Source of the DNA: an uncultured Acidobacteriota bacterium
GTDB lineage: Bacteria; Acidobacteriota; Vicinamibacteria; Marinacidobacterales; DATDRI01
Direction of reading: 5' to 3'
DNA: 64,000 nucleotides
Assembly (NCBI GenBank): GCA_963697355.1
Contig: CAVONV010000002.1
Span: forward strand, 56,372 to 120,371
Shown here: piece after piece, positions 38,367-48,370 of the stretch
Position numbering within the stretch: position 1 is the stretch's first letter
Layout: each line of letters begins with the position of its first letter
Notes under the pieces: generated by a model
What the model saw: only the letters and a program-made list of their open reading frames with translations
What the model was told of the DNA's origin: nothing
Database searches by the model: none
Position numbers and translations under genes: made by a program

Positions 38367-40658
38367 ATGAAACGAATCTCATTGTGGCTAGTCGTGCTAT
38401 GCCTCGCCGCGGGGCTGACGGTACCGGTGCCGGCATTCGCACAAGACACGGAAGACGTCATCATCCTGTGCGATGGGGATGCAGAGGCGCTGGTGGCTCA
38501 AATCGAAGCTCTCGGCGGTCGGATTAGCATCCAGTACAAAAACGTCAACGCGTTGGCTGCGACCGTTCCTTCGAACCAAATCGCGGCACTCCGTTCTTTG
38601 GCAAACGTGACCAGCGTCGAGAAAGACGTGTTGGTCACGTTGCCGGGAGATCGTGACGCGGCCGGCCGCGCCACTTCCTATCTAGTCGAGGATGATGTCC
38701 AGGTTGAGTCTTTGAATATTCGTGCGACCGGCCTGGAAGCAGTGCCGCAAGGATATGTGAACTTCTTGATGACGGGAGCAATTCTCGCGTGGGAGGAGAC
38801 CAACTACGGCGATGGAAGCATCGTAGCCGTCGTCGATACGGGGACCGTGCCCAATACCTGTCTCCAACACGCCGTCATTGGGGCGCCGGGTTTTCCCGAC
38901 GGTTACAACGCTACAGGTGATGGTGTCCCCGCCACGTCTTCGACCAACCACTGGCATGGGACTCACGTCGGCGGCGTCATCGCCTCTGACTGTGCTCTGG
39001 ATTTCACTGGGAACGAAACGCACAACGTCTATAGAGCGGTGTCTGCAGTCCTTGGTTGGCCGGTCGATTTCGTGCCCATCCTGGGACAAGCACCAGGAGC
39101 ACAACTCTATCCCGTGAAAGTGTTTCCGGAAAGCGGAGCGGGGTCTCCGAATTCAGTCATCATGGCGGGTCTCGATCATATCCTCACGCTCAAGAAAGAC
39201 GGTCTGCTCGACGTCGATATCGTCAACATGAGTCTCGGGGGGGCGACACTCTTTGATGGGCGGGATGCCTATGACCGATTCCTCGAAGAGTTCGCCAAAT
39301 GGAATATGCTCGTGGTGACATCGGCTGGCAATGACGGCCCCGTTCCGAATTCTGTCGGTTCACCGGCGACTTCTTTTGGAACCCTTGCCGTTGGTGCCAC
39401 CGACGAAGCGCTTTCCTCCCGGACGTTCTATGAGTATCTGGGCTGGGCTGCATTGGGACTTCCCGGTCAAGGTTGGATCATGCGGCCTACTGATGAGAGC
39501 CGCATCGTCAACTATTCGGCTCGTGGGCCCATGACTGACGGCCGAGTTGGGCCCGACATGTCCGCTCTCGGGCACTGGAACTTTCAGGCGGGGACGACAC
39601 CGGGTAGCTTACGCTGGGCCGGAGGCACTTCTTTCTCGGCGCCCACGGTGTCAGGAGCGGCCGCTCTGTTGAATGCCTGGTGGGAGAACAAGGTCGGAAT
39701 GGACACTTACCCCGGCAAGATTCGTAACTCGTTGATGATGGGTGCGAATCCGGAGTGGGTCGGGGAGCCTTGGCGGCCTGATAACGTTCAGGGTACGGGT
39801 GTCGTCGACGTGCCGGCCGCGCTCGATAAGATCAAAGACAAGCACACGCCGAACTGGTGGCCCATCAGGAGAGGTGAGCATCTCGAGCCCAACCTCTTTC
39901 TAGAATCGGATCCCAAGCAATGTGACAAGAAGGACTCGTTCAAGGGCGAAGTGATAACACTCAATGCAGGCGAGACTGAGGATTTGGTGATCGAAATCGA
40001 TCGCTACACGAGCAAGGTAACACTCGAAGTGGAGAACATCGCCACCGCGGACAATTCAGCGAATGCCTTTTGGCCCAATGCCTTACAGGTCAACGTGCAA
40101 AGCGCAAGGAGAACTGCGATTGCTAGTGTCATTGAGTGGTTATGGTATCCCTTTTGGTACGGCGATTGGTTTACCCTCGAGATCGGAGACGGTCCTTGGA
40201 TCTCGACGGATATGACGGGGAGTTATCTCGAGGCCAACCGACCCATGGAGCCAGGACTCATGAGGGTGACTTTTGCCGGCGACTACTCCAACGAGGCACC
40301 GGTCTCCTTCACAGTGAAAGTCGAACGAGAAAGTCGTTGCGACCGAGAGGTAAAACCAATCGTGGCCGGCAAGATCGACAACGGCGACGAGATATTGGTT
40401 GGTCCCTTCAAGATCGGATCGGGATACTCACAGGCCACGATCGATTTGGCCTGGAAGATGGATTGGTCACGATTCCCCACCCACGATCTGGATTTCGTCG
40501 TCTTTGATGAAGACTTCAACGTGGTCGGAAGCGCTGGTACCCTCAACGCGCCGGAGCGTGCCACCATCATCGATCCTGAAGGCATTTACTACATCTTGGT
40601 GATCGGCTATGAGCTGTTTGACACCGATGACTATGGGATATTCATAAAGCTGGAATAA
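38367..40658 (+). CDS. Subtilisin-like serine peptidase (S8), secreted, with C-terminal extension domains
   Basis: Catalytic triad motifs VAVVDTGT, HGTHVGG and GTSFSAPTVSGAAALL. Signal peptide. RBS ggggggagga. Confidence 0.85.
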   Translation: MKRISLWLVVLCLAAGLTVPVPAFAQDTEDVIILCDGDAEALVAQIEALGGRISIQYKNVNALAATVPSNQIAALRSLANVTSVEKDVLVTLPGDRDAAGRATSYLVEDDVQVESLNIRATGLEAVPQGYVNFLMTGAILAWEETNYGDGSIVAVVDTGTVPNTCLQHAVIGAPGFPDGYNATGDGVPATSSTNHWHGTHVGGVIASDCALDFTGNETHNVYRAVSAVLGWPVDFVPILGQAPGAQLYPVKVFPESGAGSPNSVIMAGLDHILTLKKDGLLDVDIVNMSLGGATLFDGRDAYDRFLEEFAKWNMLVVTSAGNDGPVPNSVGSPATSFGTLAVGATDEALSSRTFYEYLGWAALGLPGQGWIMRPTDESRIVNYSARGPMTDGRVGPDMSALGHWNFQAGTTPGSLRWAGGTSFSAPTVSGAAALLNAWWENKVGMDTYPGKIRNSLMMGANPEWVGEPWRPDNVQGTGVVDVPAALDKIKDKHTPNWWPIRRGEHLEPNLFLESDPKQCDKKDSFKGEVITLNAGETEDLVIEIDRYTSKVTLEVENIATADNSANAFWPNALQVNVQSARRTAIASVIEWLWYPFWYGDWFTLEIGDGPWISTDMTGSYLEANRPMEPGLMRVTFAGDYSNEAPVSFTVKVERESRCDREVKPIVAGKIDNGDEILVGPFKIGSGYSQATIDLAWKMDWSRFPTHDLDFVVFDEDFNVVGSAGTLNAPERATIIDPEGIYYILVIGYELFDTDDYGIFIKLE

Positions 40659-41327
40659 GCTGAAAGCTTCAACCGCGCCGGGGAGGGTTCCCTTCGGTTC
40701 CCTCCCCTTTTTTGTGTCTCGAGGTTCTTCGCAGAGGACAATTCTCTCTACATCTGTGTGGTACAGGTAGGTTTTGCCCGCATGTTCCAATTCAACGAGA
40801 AACCCCTCTGTCTCGACCTTATCGTAGGTCTTCCCTTCTTCTGGACAGCCTAAGCTCGTGTCCGGCCAAGTCTTGAATCTCACATAGTTGATCTTGATGT
40901 CGTCTGCATCGATGCGGAGCCTCTCGGCGAGCTCTTGCTTTGCTTGTCCCGAGATCCTCTCGGCGGCGACGAGACGTTCTTTCTTCGGGACATAGGGGCT
41001 CTTTTGCTTCTCCTGACAAATGACAGCACGTCCACCGCCCACGTGGACGCGATAAACCTGCTCACCGTGGCGAAAAACAACCCTATAGCCGGGGATGATG
41101 ACCTGAAGGTAAGACGTTCCCTTTTCGGGGCATCCCAGGCTGCTGTCCGGCCATTTCACGGGATAGGCCTTCGGAATTCCTGCCTCCCCGTCCCTGACGT
41201 GGAGCTCTCGGGCGAGTGTTTCGGTTGCGAGATCGATGGCTTCTTGTTCGGTCATCTCCTGCATTGGAGCAAAAGACGATGCCAGCAACAGGCCAACTAC
41301 CAGCGATAGCATTTTGACCCCCTCCAA
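40467..41327 (-). CDS. Secreted protein with two tandem Cys-containing modules of about 55 aa (paralog B); the C-terminal extension is doubtful
   Basis: Signal peptide MLSLVVGLLLASS. The two modules contain WPDSSLGCPEKG...C and WPDTSLGCPEEG...C. The ORF continues about 75 aa past the second module, across the antisense of the subtilase terminator. Confidence 0.5.
   Translation of the reverse strand: MEGVKMLSLVVGLLLASSFAPMQEMTEQEAIDLATETLARELHVRDGEAGIPKAYPVKWPDSSLGCPEKGTSYLQVIIPGYRVVFRHGEQVYRVHVGGGRAVICQEKQKSPYVPKKERLVAAERISGQAKQELAERLRIDADDIKINYVRFKTWPDTSLGCPEEGKTYDKVETEGFLVELEHAGKTYLYHTDVERIVLCEEPRDTKKGREPKGTLPGAVEAFSLFQLYEYPIVIGVKQLIADHQDVVNAFRIDDGGTLRRVEGTSASDHVEVFIKDDEIQIVGGES
40680..40713 (+). 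terminator. Rho-independent terminator of the S8 peptidase gene
   Basis: GGGGAGGG, a 13-nt loop, CCCTCCCC, then TTTTTT. Confidence 0.6.
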
Positions 41328-41435
41328 TATGACTGTGGCTTCTCAGCTCGTTCTATCATAATACCCCGGACAGGGATTCTTATTCCGTAGGTAATTCGGG
41401 CGGAACGAGCCGGGTGACGGCGGGAATGCTCGAAA

Positions 41436-42038
41436 TCACTCTTCCGTCGTTCTGCAGAGGAAAGGTGTTTCCGAATCGGAGCGATACTCGTAAGTCACAC
41501 CGTGGCAGACTAGTTCGATCAAGTAGCCGGGGGTCTCAACGGCTTCGAATGTCTCACCTTCAGCAGGGCAGCCGAGGCGAGTGTCGGGCCAGGTCATCGG
41601 CTTGAGGACCTTGACTTCAATATCGGCGTCTTGGATTCCCAATCGCGAGGCGAGGTCCTCACGAGCGAGGCGTGACAGGCGAAGGGCCGTCAGGAGAGCA
41701 GCATTGTTGGAGCGATAGGCGTTGGTCTTCCTCCCCCGGCAAAGTACGGCCCGTCCGTCGCCGACATGCACGCGATACGAAAGGCTGCCGCGGCGAAAGA
41801 CGACACGGTATCCTGAGACGACCTCTTGGAGATAGGAGCCGCCACTTTGGGGACAGCCGAGGCTGCTGTCCGACCACTTGACCGGCAAGGCGCTCACCAC
41901 CGTAGCGTCATCGGCATCTATGTCGAGTGCTTGGGTGAGTGTATCCGTGGCCAGATTGACGGCTTGGTCGGTCGTTATGGTTGAGACATGAAATGATGAC
42001 GGCGTGTCGAGCAAAAGGAGCAGGAGCAGGACCGGCAT
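41436..42038 (-). CDS. Secreted protein with two tandem Cys-containing modules (paralog A)
   Basis: WSDSSLGCPQSG...C and WPDTRLGCPAEG...C. It ends right after the second module. Confidence 0.55.
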   Translation of the reverse strand: MPVLLLLLLLDTPSSFHVSTITTDQAVNLATDTLTQALDIDADDATVVSALPVKWSDSSLGCPQSGGSYLQEVVSGYRVVFRRGSLSYRVHVGDGRAVLCRGRKTNAYRSNNAALLTALRLSRLAREDLASRLGIQDADIEVKVLKPMTWPDTRLGCPAEGETFEAVETPGYLIELVCHGVTYEYRSDSETPFLCRTTEE

Positions 42039-42184
42039 AGCACTACCTTTCGAAAAACAACTACTAGCTCCCTATCCCATCATAGCGCGGAATTTCCCAG
42101 GAGTCAGGTTCTCGACGGGTCAAACCACTCCGTGCAATTGGATTCTCTAAGTCCTTAAATTAGAGCCGTTTAATCTGAGCCGGT

Positions 42185-42213
42185 TTGACAGCTCCGGACC
42201 TGGAGGCTACGAT
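42185..42213 (+). promoter_or_regulatory. Candidate sigma-70 promoter of the ABC exporter operon
   Basis: TTGACA, then 17 nt, then TACGAT, about 30 nt upstream of ATG 42241. Confidence 0.35.
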
Positions 42214-42240
42214 CATGGTTTCATTTCGAGCAGAACGACC

Positions 42241-43023
42241 GTGCTGAAGAATCTCGTCAACCTATATCGCTACCGGGTCCTGATCCAGAGTTTGGTGGTC
42301 CGGGAGCTCAAGGCCCGCTACCGTGGCTCGGTGTTGGGTTTTCTGTGGTCTTTCATCAATCCTTTGTTGCAGCTCCTGATCTATTGGTTCGTATTCGCGG
42401 TGATCTTTCGCAGTCGGCAGGAGGGTGCCGAACCTTACGCCTTGTTTCTTTTCACGGGCATTCTCCCCTGGACCTGGTTTAGCTCCTCGGTCATGGAGTC
42501 CACCATGATCCTCATCACCAGTGGGAATCTCATCAAAAAGATCATGTTCCCGGCTGAGGTCCTGCCCTTCGTCGTGGTGTTTGCCAATCTCGTGCACTTT
42601 GTTCTCGGGCTGCCGATCCTGCTAGTCTTTCTCATCTACTACGGAAAGATTTATTCTCCCCTCATCTACTTTCCGGGGATTGTCCTTATACAGCTGGTGT
42701 TCACGCTGGGAGTTTGCCTCTTCGTTTCGGCTCTTTCAGTGCACTTTCGTGACGTCCAGAACATCATGGGAAACCTCTTGATGTTCTGGTTCTTCGCGAG
42801 TCCGGTCATCTACTCCTACATCCTGATGCCAAATCTCCAAAAGTGGCTCAATTTCAATCCCATGACCCATATCTTGGTTGGGTACCATCAAACCCTTTTC
42901 TTTAGTGAAGGGCTGGGGCATTGGCCTTGGATTCTCTTTGTGGCCGGATTCTCCATCGTCGTTTTCCTCTTCGGTTACTTCTTCTTCGATCGCATGCGCG
43001 ACACGTTTGCTGAGGAGGTCTAG
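42241..43023 (+). CDS. ABC-2 type polysaccharide/O-antigen exporter permease (Wzm/TagG-like)
   Basis: Six TM helices. N-terminus LVVRELKARYRGSVLGFLW is typical of this family. Confidence 0.85.
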   Translation: MLKNLVNLYRYRVLIQSLVVRELKARYRGSVLGFLWSFINPLLQLLIYWFVFAVIFRSRQEGAEPYALFLFTGILPWTWFSSSVMESTMILITSGNLIKKIMFPAEVLPFVVVFANLVHFVLGLPILLVFLIYYGKIYSPLIYFPGIVLIQLVFTLGVCLFVSALSVHFRDVQNIMGNLLMFWFFASPVIYSYILMPNLQKWLNFNPMTHILVGYHQTLFFSEGLGHWPWILFVAGFSIVVFLFGYFFFDRMRDTFAEEV

Positions 43024-43027
43024 GACA

Positions 43028-44365
43028 GTGGGAACTGCCGTTCGCATCTCGGATGTGTCCAAGGTTTACCAGCGGTATTCCCACCGCAAGCAGTTCCGCA
43101 CTCTGAAGAGCGCTCTTCTCAAAGGTAATTTGATCCAAGAGCTCCGTCCGGACGAAACCTTTACGGCACTTTCAGGTGTCACATTCAACATACGGGAAGG
43201 CGCTACCTTTGCCGTCATCGGGCGCAACGGTTCGGGAAAAAGTACCCTCCTCAAGCTGATGGCGGGGATCACCAAGCCCACCACCGGAATGGTCGAGGTC
43301 CATGGACGTGTCTCCGCTCTCATCGAGCTCGGCGCCGGCTTTCATCCGGAGATCAGCGGGCGCGAGAACGTTTTTATCAACGGCATCATGTTGGGGTTGA
43401 GCAAGAAAGAGATCCACCGATTGTTCGACAAGATCGTCGAGTTTGCCGAGCTCGACGAGTTCATCGATGCCCCGGTCAAGACTTACTCGAGCGGCATGTA
43501 CATGCGGCTTGGCTTCGCCGTCGCGATCCACGTCAACCCTGATGTTCTCCTCATCGATGAAGTGCTGGCGGTCGGCGACGAAGCATTCGTCCACAAGTGT
43601 CTGGACAAGATCAGCGAGTTCCGCAGGAGGAAGAAAACCATCATTCTTGTAACCCACAGTCTGGGCCTGGTCGAAAAAATGGCCGACGAGGCACTTTGGC
43701 TGGACGAGGGACAAATCCAGCACCGAGGTGACCCTAAGAAGGTCGTGGATGCCTATTTGACTCAGGTCACGACACGGGACGAAGACGTACTTGCCGCCGC
43801 GACGGAAAGAGCCCGAGCGGAAGCCGAGTCTGATCCTGCCGAGACGACGCTCGAGGCCGCCGACGACGCGGAAACGATCGAGCCTGTGTCGGCATTCAAG
43901 AGGGAGAAGGGACGTTGGGGCTCGCGCGAGATCGAGATCACGGGCGTGGATCTTCTCGGTGATGATGGTAGGCCGCGCCATGTGTTCACAATCGGAGAGC
44001 CGGTGACCATCCGACTCAAAGTGAAGACGACGGGGACACTTCGCGACTTTGTCTTCGGGGCTGCCGTTTTCAACGCCGACGGTGTTTGCTGCTACGGTAC
44101 CAACACGCATATCGAGGAGTTCACTCCCAAAGAAGTGTCCGGCGAGGGTGAGGTCCGACTCGTTTTGGAACGCCTGCAGCTCATCGAGGGTTCCTACTTC
44201 CTGGACGTGGCGGCCCATCAACGCGATGGATACCCCTTTGACTACCACAGAGCTCTCTACACGTTTCGAGTGAACTCGCGGATCAAAGACCTCGGGATCT
44301 ACCGGCCCTCGCACCGTTGGGAGTTCACTCCCAATATCGTGATCCGTTCTCCCGAGTCCTCCTAG
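43028..44365 (+). CDS. ABC exporter ATP-binding protein (Wzt/TagH-like) with C-terminal carbohydrate-binding beta-sandwich domain
   Basis: GTG 43028 lies just after the permease stop, with a GAGGAGG RBS. Walker [10 protein letters not shown], the LSGG-like signature YSSGM, and Walker B LLIDE. A C-terminal extension of about 190 aa follows. Confidence 0.85.
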   Translation: MGTAVRISDVSKVYQRYSHRKQFRTLKSALLKGNLIQELRPDETFTALSGVTFNIREGATFAVIGRNGSGKSTLLKLMAGITKPTTGMVEVHGRVSALIELGAGFHPEISGRENVFINGIMLGLSKKEIHRLFDKIVEFAELDEFIDAPVKTYSSGMYMRLGFAVAIHVNPDVLLIDEVLAVGDEAFVHKCLDKISEFRRRKKTIILVTHSLGLVEKMADEALWLDEGQIQHRGDPKKVVDAYLTQVTTRDEDVLAAATERARAEAESDPAETTLEAADDAETIEPVSAFKREKGRWGSREIEITGVDLLGDDGRPRHVFTIGEPVTIRLKVKTTGTLRDFVFGAAVFNADGVCCYGTNTHIEEFTPKEVSGEGEVRLVLERLQLIEGSYFLDVAAHQRDGYPFDYHRALYTFRVNSRIKDLGIYRPSHRWEFTPNIVIRSPESS

Positions 44366-44384
44366 GGCCGCCGGAGCATCTCTG

Positions 44385-44879
44385 TTGAGTACAATCAAAA
44401 TTCACACCTTGGAGTCGATGAAGGACGAACGGGAGAGACTTCGTGAGACAGGGCTGAATCTGGTCTTCACCAACGGCTGCTTCGATCTTCTTCACCCAGG
44501 GCACGTCCGTTACCTCAAGGAAGCCCGTCAGCTCGGAGATCGACTTATTGTAGCTGTCAATCGAGATGAGACCGTGGCTAAGCTCAAAGGAAAGGAGCGG
44601 CCATTGGTTCCGATAGCGGAGCGAATGGAGGTCCTCTCGGCTCTCGTGATGGTCGACTACGTCATTCCCTTCGAGGAGGAAACGCCGGCGCGGGTCATAC
44701 AAGAGCTGGTACCGGATGTCCTCGTCAAGGGTGGAGACTGGCCTATCGATCAGATCGTGGGTAGGGACATCGTCGAAGCCGCCGGGGGCCGTGTGATATC
44801 CCTCCCGTTTGCCAAAGGTTACTCGACCACTGGATTGATTGATCAGATCGTGGAACGACTCGGTGGCACCAGAAATTGA
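44385..44879 (+). CDS. Cytidylyltransferase-fold nucleotidyltransferase of the RfaE/HldE domain II type (heptose-1-phosphate adenylyltransferase-like)
   Basis: [16 protein letters not shown]...RDETV; 164 aa. Confidence 0.75.
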   Translation: MSTIKIHTLESMKDERERLRETGLNLVFTNGCFDLLHPGHVRYLKEARQLGDRLIVAVNRDETVAKLKGKERPLVPIAERMEVLSALVMVDYVIPFEEETPARVIQELVPDVLVKGGDWPIDQIVGRDIVEAAGGRVISLPFAKGYSTTGLIDQIVERLGGTRN

Positions 44880-47800
44880 TCGCCTTGCTCTCGCGCGCAA
44901 GTTGGAAGAGGCCGGACTCGACCGGATAACCGAACGACTCACCGCCGGGGAGGGTCGCTTTCAGCTCACGGGTCTCATGGGACCCGCGCGCTCACTTGCC
45001 CAAGCGGTACTGATTTCTCGATCGGCGGGGCCGGTTCTGTTCGTCGTTTCGGACGAGCGAAGAGTGGCCGAGGCGGTATCCGACCTGAGTGCCTTCCTCC
45101 ACTCGTGGGGCATCGACAAGAAGCTATTCAATTTCCCGGCGCTCGAAGTCGATCCGTACCGTGGTCTTTCGCCTCATTTCAACGTCGTCTCGGCCCGTGC
45201 CCGAGCGCTCACGGCTCTCATCGAGGAAGACTCGCCGGTCATCGTGGCACCGGTACCGGCTCTTCTCTACCGGACGGCCTCGCCGTCCGTTTTTTCCGAG
45301 GGAATCGTCAATCTTCGTCGCAGAGCCATTTTCGAGCCGGGCGAGCTGGAGCGAAGGCTTCTAGAAGCCGGCTATATCCATGAAGATCCCGTGATGTCGC
45401 CGGGCGATTTCGCTCGTCGCGGAGGGATTCTCGATGTGTATCCTCCAGATGCTCGAGAGCCCTTTCGGCTGGAATTCGTGGGTGAGGAGATCGAAGAGAT
45501 CCGTACGTTTGGTCCCGAGACGCAACGTACGACGGGCTCTTTGGATGGGGTCCGCATCTGTCCTGCCCGAGAGTGGCCTTTCAATGATTCCCATCGCGAA
45601 GAGCTCTTGGTGCGGTTGAGGGAAAAAGGCGTAGCGAGCGAGTTGAAAGCCAACATTGAGAAAGGAAGTTTCCCGCCGGGCATCAACTTTGCGCTGCCCG
45701 AGCTCGACGATTTCAAGAGCACGTTCTTCGACTACGTCGGCAAGGGAATCGTGTTGATAGAAGAACCGGTGGAAGTCTTTCGATGTGCATCAGCAGAATG
45801 GGAACGTGTCCTCGATAGCTACGGAGAGGTACCCAGGCGAGCTGGAATCGCCCAACCCGAACCGGCCATGCTCCTTCTTTCTCCGGACGAGCTTTCGTCG
45901 CGCTTGGCGGAGCGATCGGTAAGCTTCCAGGAAATGGACATCGTGGAGAGCCTCCCAACTGAGGATGTGGAGTCCAGCCAAAGGGTCCATCTATCGAGTC
46001 AGCTCCTACCGGTGTTTCGTGGGAACATCAAGGATTTCGTCGACGAGATCCGAAGGCAAAAGGGGGCGCTCCGACAAGTCCATATTTTCGTTGGCCATCG
46101 CGGTCTCGCCGAACGACTGATCGAGATCCTCCAAGAATCTGATATGTCGGCGGGATTGACGGACGATGGGCCGGTAGAAGCAGGCACGGTGGCGTTGCAC
46201 CTCGGCGACCTCTCCCACGGCTTTGCTCTTCCCGAGCTCGGCCAAGCCGTTTTTTCCGGCCGAGATCTCTTTAGTGAGCCGCCGCGATCCGAGAAACGTC
46301 GTGCCCATAAACTGGGTCGCTTTCTTTCCGATTTTCGTGATTTGAAGCTGGGGGATTACGTGGTCCATGTCGATCATGGCATTGGCGTCTTCACGGGCCT
46401 CACGCAGGTGTCCGGGAACGGCGATAATGCTGAGTTCGTTCTCCTCGAGTACATGGGCGGCGACAAACTCTACGTACCCGTGGAGAAGCTTGATCTGCTC
46501 GAAAAGTACTCGAGCTCAGAGAGTGCGAAGCCCAAACTCGATAAGCTCGGAGGTACGGGGTGGGAAAGGGTCAAAAAACGCGTCCGCAAGTCCATGCGCG
46601 ACATGACCCAGGAGCTCCTCCAACTCTATGCGGCTCGAAAAGCCATCCCCGGGCACGCTTTCTCAGCGGATACGCATTGGCAGGCCGAGTTCGAGGACTT
46701 GTTCGAGCACGAGGAGACAGGCGACCAGTTTCAAGCCATCGATGAAGTCAAGCGAGATCTCGAAGCGACCTTTCCGATGGATAGGCTTTTGTGTGGTGAC
46801 GTCGGCTACGGCAAGACGGAAGTGGCGATGCGGGCCGCCTTCAAGGTCGTCATGGATGGAAAACAGGTGGCTGTCTTGGTGCCCACCACGGTACTGGCAT
46901 TCCAACACTACAACACCTTCAAGGCCCGTTTTGCTCCTTTCCCAGTTCACGTCGAAATGTTGTCACGTTTCAAGACTCCCAAAGAGCAAAAAGTGATCGT
47001 GAAGGGGGCGTCGGAAGGGACGATCGACATCCTCATCGGAACCCATCGCCTGCTATCCAAGGACGTCGAGTTCCATGATCTCGGACTCTTGGTTGTTGAT
47101 GAAGAGCAGCGGTTCGGGGTGAGTCACAAAGAGCGCGTCAAGAAGATGCGCCGCCGAGTGGATTGCTTGACGATGACCGCGACTCCGATACCACGAACGC
47201 TCAACATGTCCCTATCGGGCGTCCGGGATCTTTCCGTCATCGAAACGCCTCCTAAAGATCGGATGGCGATCCAAACCTATATCACGCACATCGACGAGAA
47301 AGTTCTTGCGAAAGCCATGCGATATGAGCTCGGTCGTGGGGGGCAGGTGTACTTCGTCCACAATCGGGTGGGGTCGATCTACTCGATGGCTTCTTTTCTC
47401 CAACGACTCGTGCCCGAGGCGCGCATTGTCGTGGCGCACGGACAGATGAAGGAGTCCGAGCTCGAGACGGCCATGCTCCGCTTCATAGGTCGCGAGTTCG
47501 ATGTCCTCGTGAGCACCACGATCATCGAGAATGGTCTGGACATCCCCCTCGTCAATACACTCATCGTCAACCGAGCCGATCGCTTTGGGCTCTCTCAGCT
47601 ATACCAGTTACGCGGACGTGTCGGCCGGTCGAGTCGCCGCGCCTATGCCTACTTGCTCGTGCCCGATCGAAAACAGCTTACTCCCGTTGCAAGAAGGCGC
47701 TTGGCGGCGATCAGGGAGTTCAGTGACCTCGGTGCTGGTTTCCGTATCGCGGCTTTGGATCTCGAGCTGCGCGGCGCCGGCAATTTGCTGGGCGGTGAGC

Positions 47801-48354
47801 AACACGGGCACATCGAAGCTGTCGGTTTTGACATGTACGTCAAGCTCCTCGAGGAGACGGTGCGTGAGCTCTCAGGAGAAGAGGATGCTGACGTCGCCCG
47901 TGCAACCTTGAGCCTCAGGATCGATCTTCGGATTCCCGAGGCATTCATTCCGGATCCTAACCAGCGGATGTCGGTCTACAAGCGGGCGTCTTCCGCTCGA
48001 GATCATACAACTCTCGAGGGGTTGGCGGCGGAGATCCGGGACCGGTACGGTCCCCTTCCGACACCCTTACTGCAGCTTCTAGAGTACGCGCGTCTACGGT
48101 TGTTGGCCGAAAAGGTAAGGGTCGTTTCAATTGAGCGAGAAGCCGGTCTTCTCGCCTTCCGTTTCGATCCGTCCTCGCCGGTGGACCCGGCCCGGCTGGT
48201 CCAGCTGGCAGAACGCGTCGCTGGAGCTCAACTGACGCCGGGAGGCCTGTTGAAGTTTCGTTTGGCGGGTTACGAAGTCCCGGAGCTCCTCTCGACAGTC
48301 AGGGAGGTTTTGCTAGAGCTCAATCCCTACTCTATGATGGCGGAGAGGACGTGA
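44839..48354 (+). CDS. mfd: Transcription-repair coupling factor
   Basis: CarD-like/TRCF domains and DEAD-box helicase motifs [25 protein letters not shown] and QLRGRVGR. The start is ambiguous (ATG 44839 overlapping upstream, or TTG 44902). Confidence 0.9.
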   Translation: MIRSWNDSVAPEIDRLALARKLEEAGLDRITERLTAGEGRFQLTGLMGPARSLAQAVLISRSAGPVLFVVSDERRVAEAVSDLSAFLHSWGIDKKLFNFPALEVDPYRGLSPHFNVVSARARALTALIEEDSPVIVAPVPALLYRTASPSVFSEGIVNLRRRAIFEPGELERRLLEAGYIHEDPVMSPGDFARRGGILDVYPPDAREPFRLEFVGEEIEEIRTFGPETQRTTGSLDGVRICPAREWPFNDSHREELLVRLREKGVASELKANIEKGSFPPGINFALPELDDFKSTFFDYVGKGIVLIEEPVEVFRCASAEWERVLDSYGEVPRRAGIAQPEPAMLLLSPDELSSRLAERSVSFQEMDIVESLPTEDVESSQRVHLSSQLLPVFRGNIKDFVDEIRRQKGALRQVHIFVGHRGLAERLIEILQESDMSAGLTDDGPVEAGTVALHLGDLSHGFALPELGQAVFSGRDLFSEPPRSEKRRAHKLGRFLSDFRDLKLGDYVVHVDHGIGVFTGLTQVSGNGDNAEFVLLEYMGGDKLYVPVEKLDLLEKYSSSESAKPKLDKLGGTGWERVKKRVRKSMRDMTQELLQLYAARKAIPGHAFSADTHWQAEFEDLFEHEETGDQFQAIDEVKRDLEATFPMDRLLCGDVGYGKTEVAMRAAFKVVMDGKQVAVLVPTTVLAFQHYNTFKARFAPFPVHVEMLSRFKTPKEQKVIVKGASEGTIDILIGTHRLLSKDVEFHDLGLLVVDEEQRFGVSHKERVKKMRRRVDCLTMTATPIPRTLNMSLSGVRDLSVIETPPKDRMAIQTYITHIDEKVLAKAMRYELGRGGQVYFVHNRVGSIYSMASFLQRLVPEARIVVAHGQMKESELETAMLRFIGREFDVLVSTTIIENGLDIPLVNTLIVNRADRFGLSQLYQLRGRVGRSSRRAYAYLLVPDRKQLTPVARRRLAAIREFSDLGAGFRIAALDLELRGAGNLLGGEQHGHIEAVGFDMYVKLLEETVRELSGEEDADVARATLSLRIDLRIPEAFIPDPNQRMSVYKRASSARDHTTLEGLAAEIRDRYGPLPTPLLQLLEYARLRLLAEKVRVVSIEREAGLLAFRFDPSSPVDPARLVQLAERVAGAQLTPGGLLKFRLAGYEVPELLSTVREVLLELNPYSMMAERT

Positions 48355-48370
48355 GGAACAGGAGAAAGGG

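Noticed and set aside
43172-44398. 408-aa ORF antisense to the Wzt ATPase gene
   Set aside because: The Wzt frame has complete Walker A/B/signature motifs, so the antisense ORF is a GC-driven artefact. The same reasoning applies to 50898..51827, 53154..54125, 54144..55292, 60674..61186, 33631..34284, 36583..37131, 30500..31156, 14391..14903, 15730..16191 and 57264..57656.
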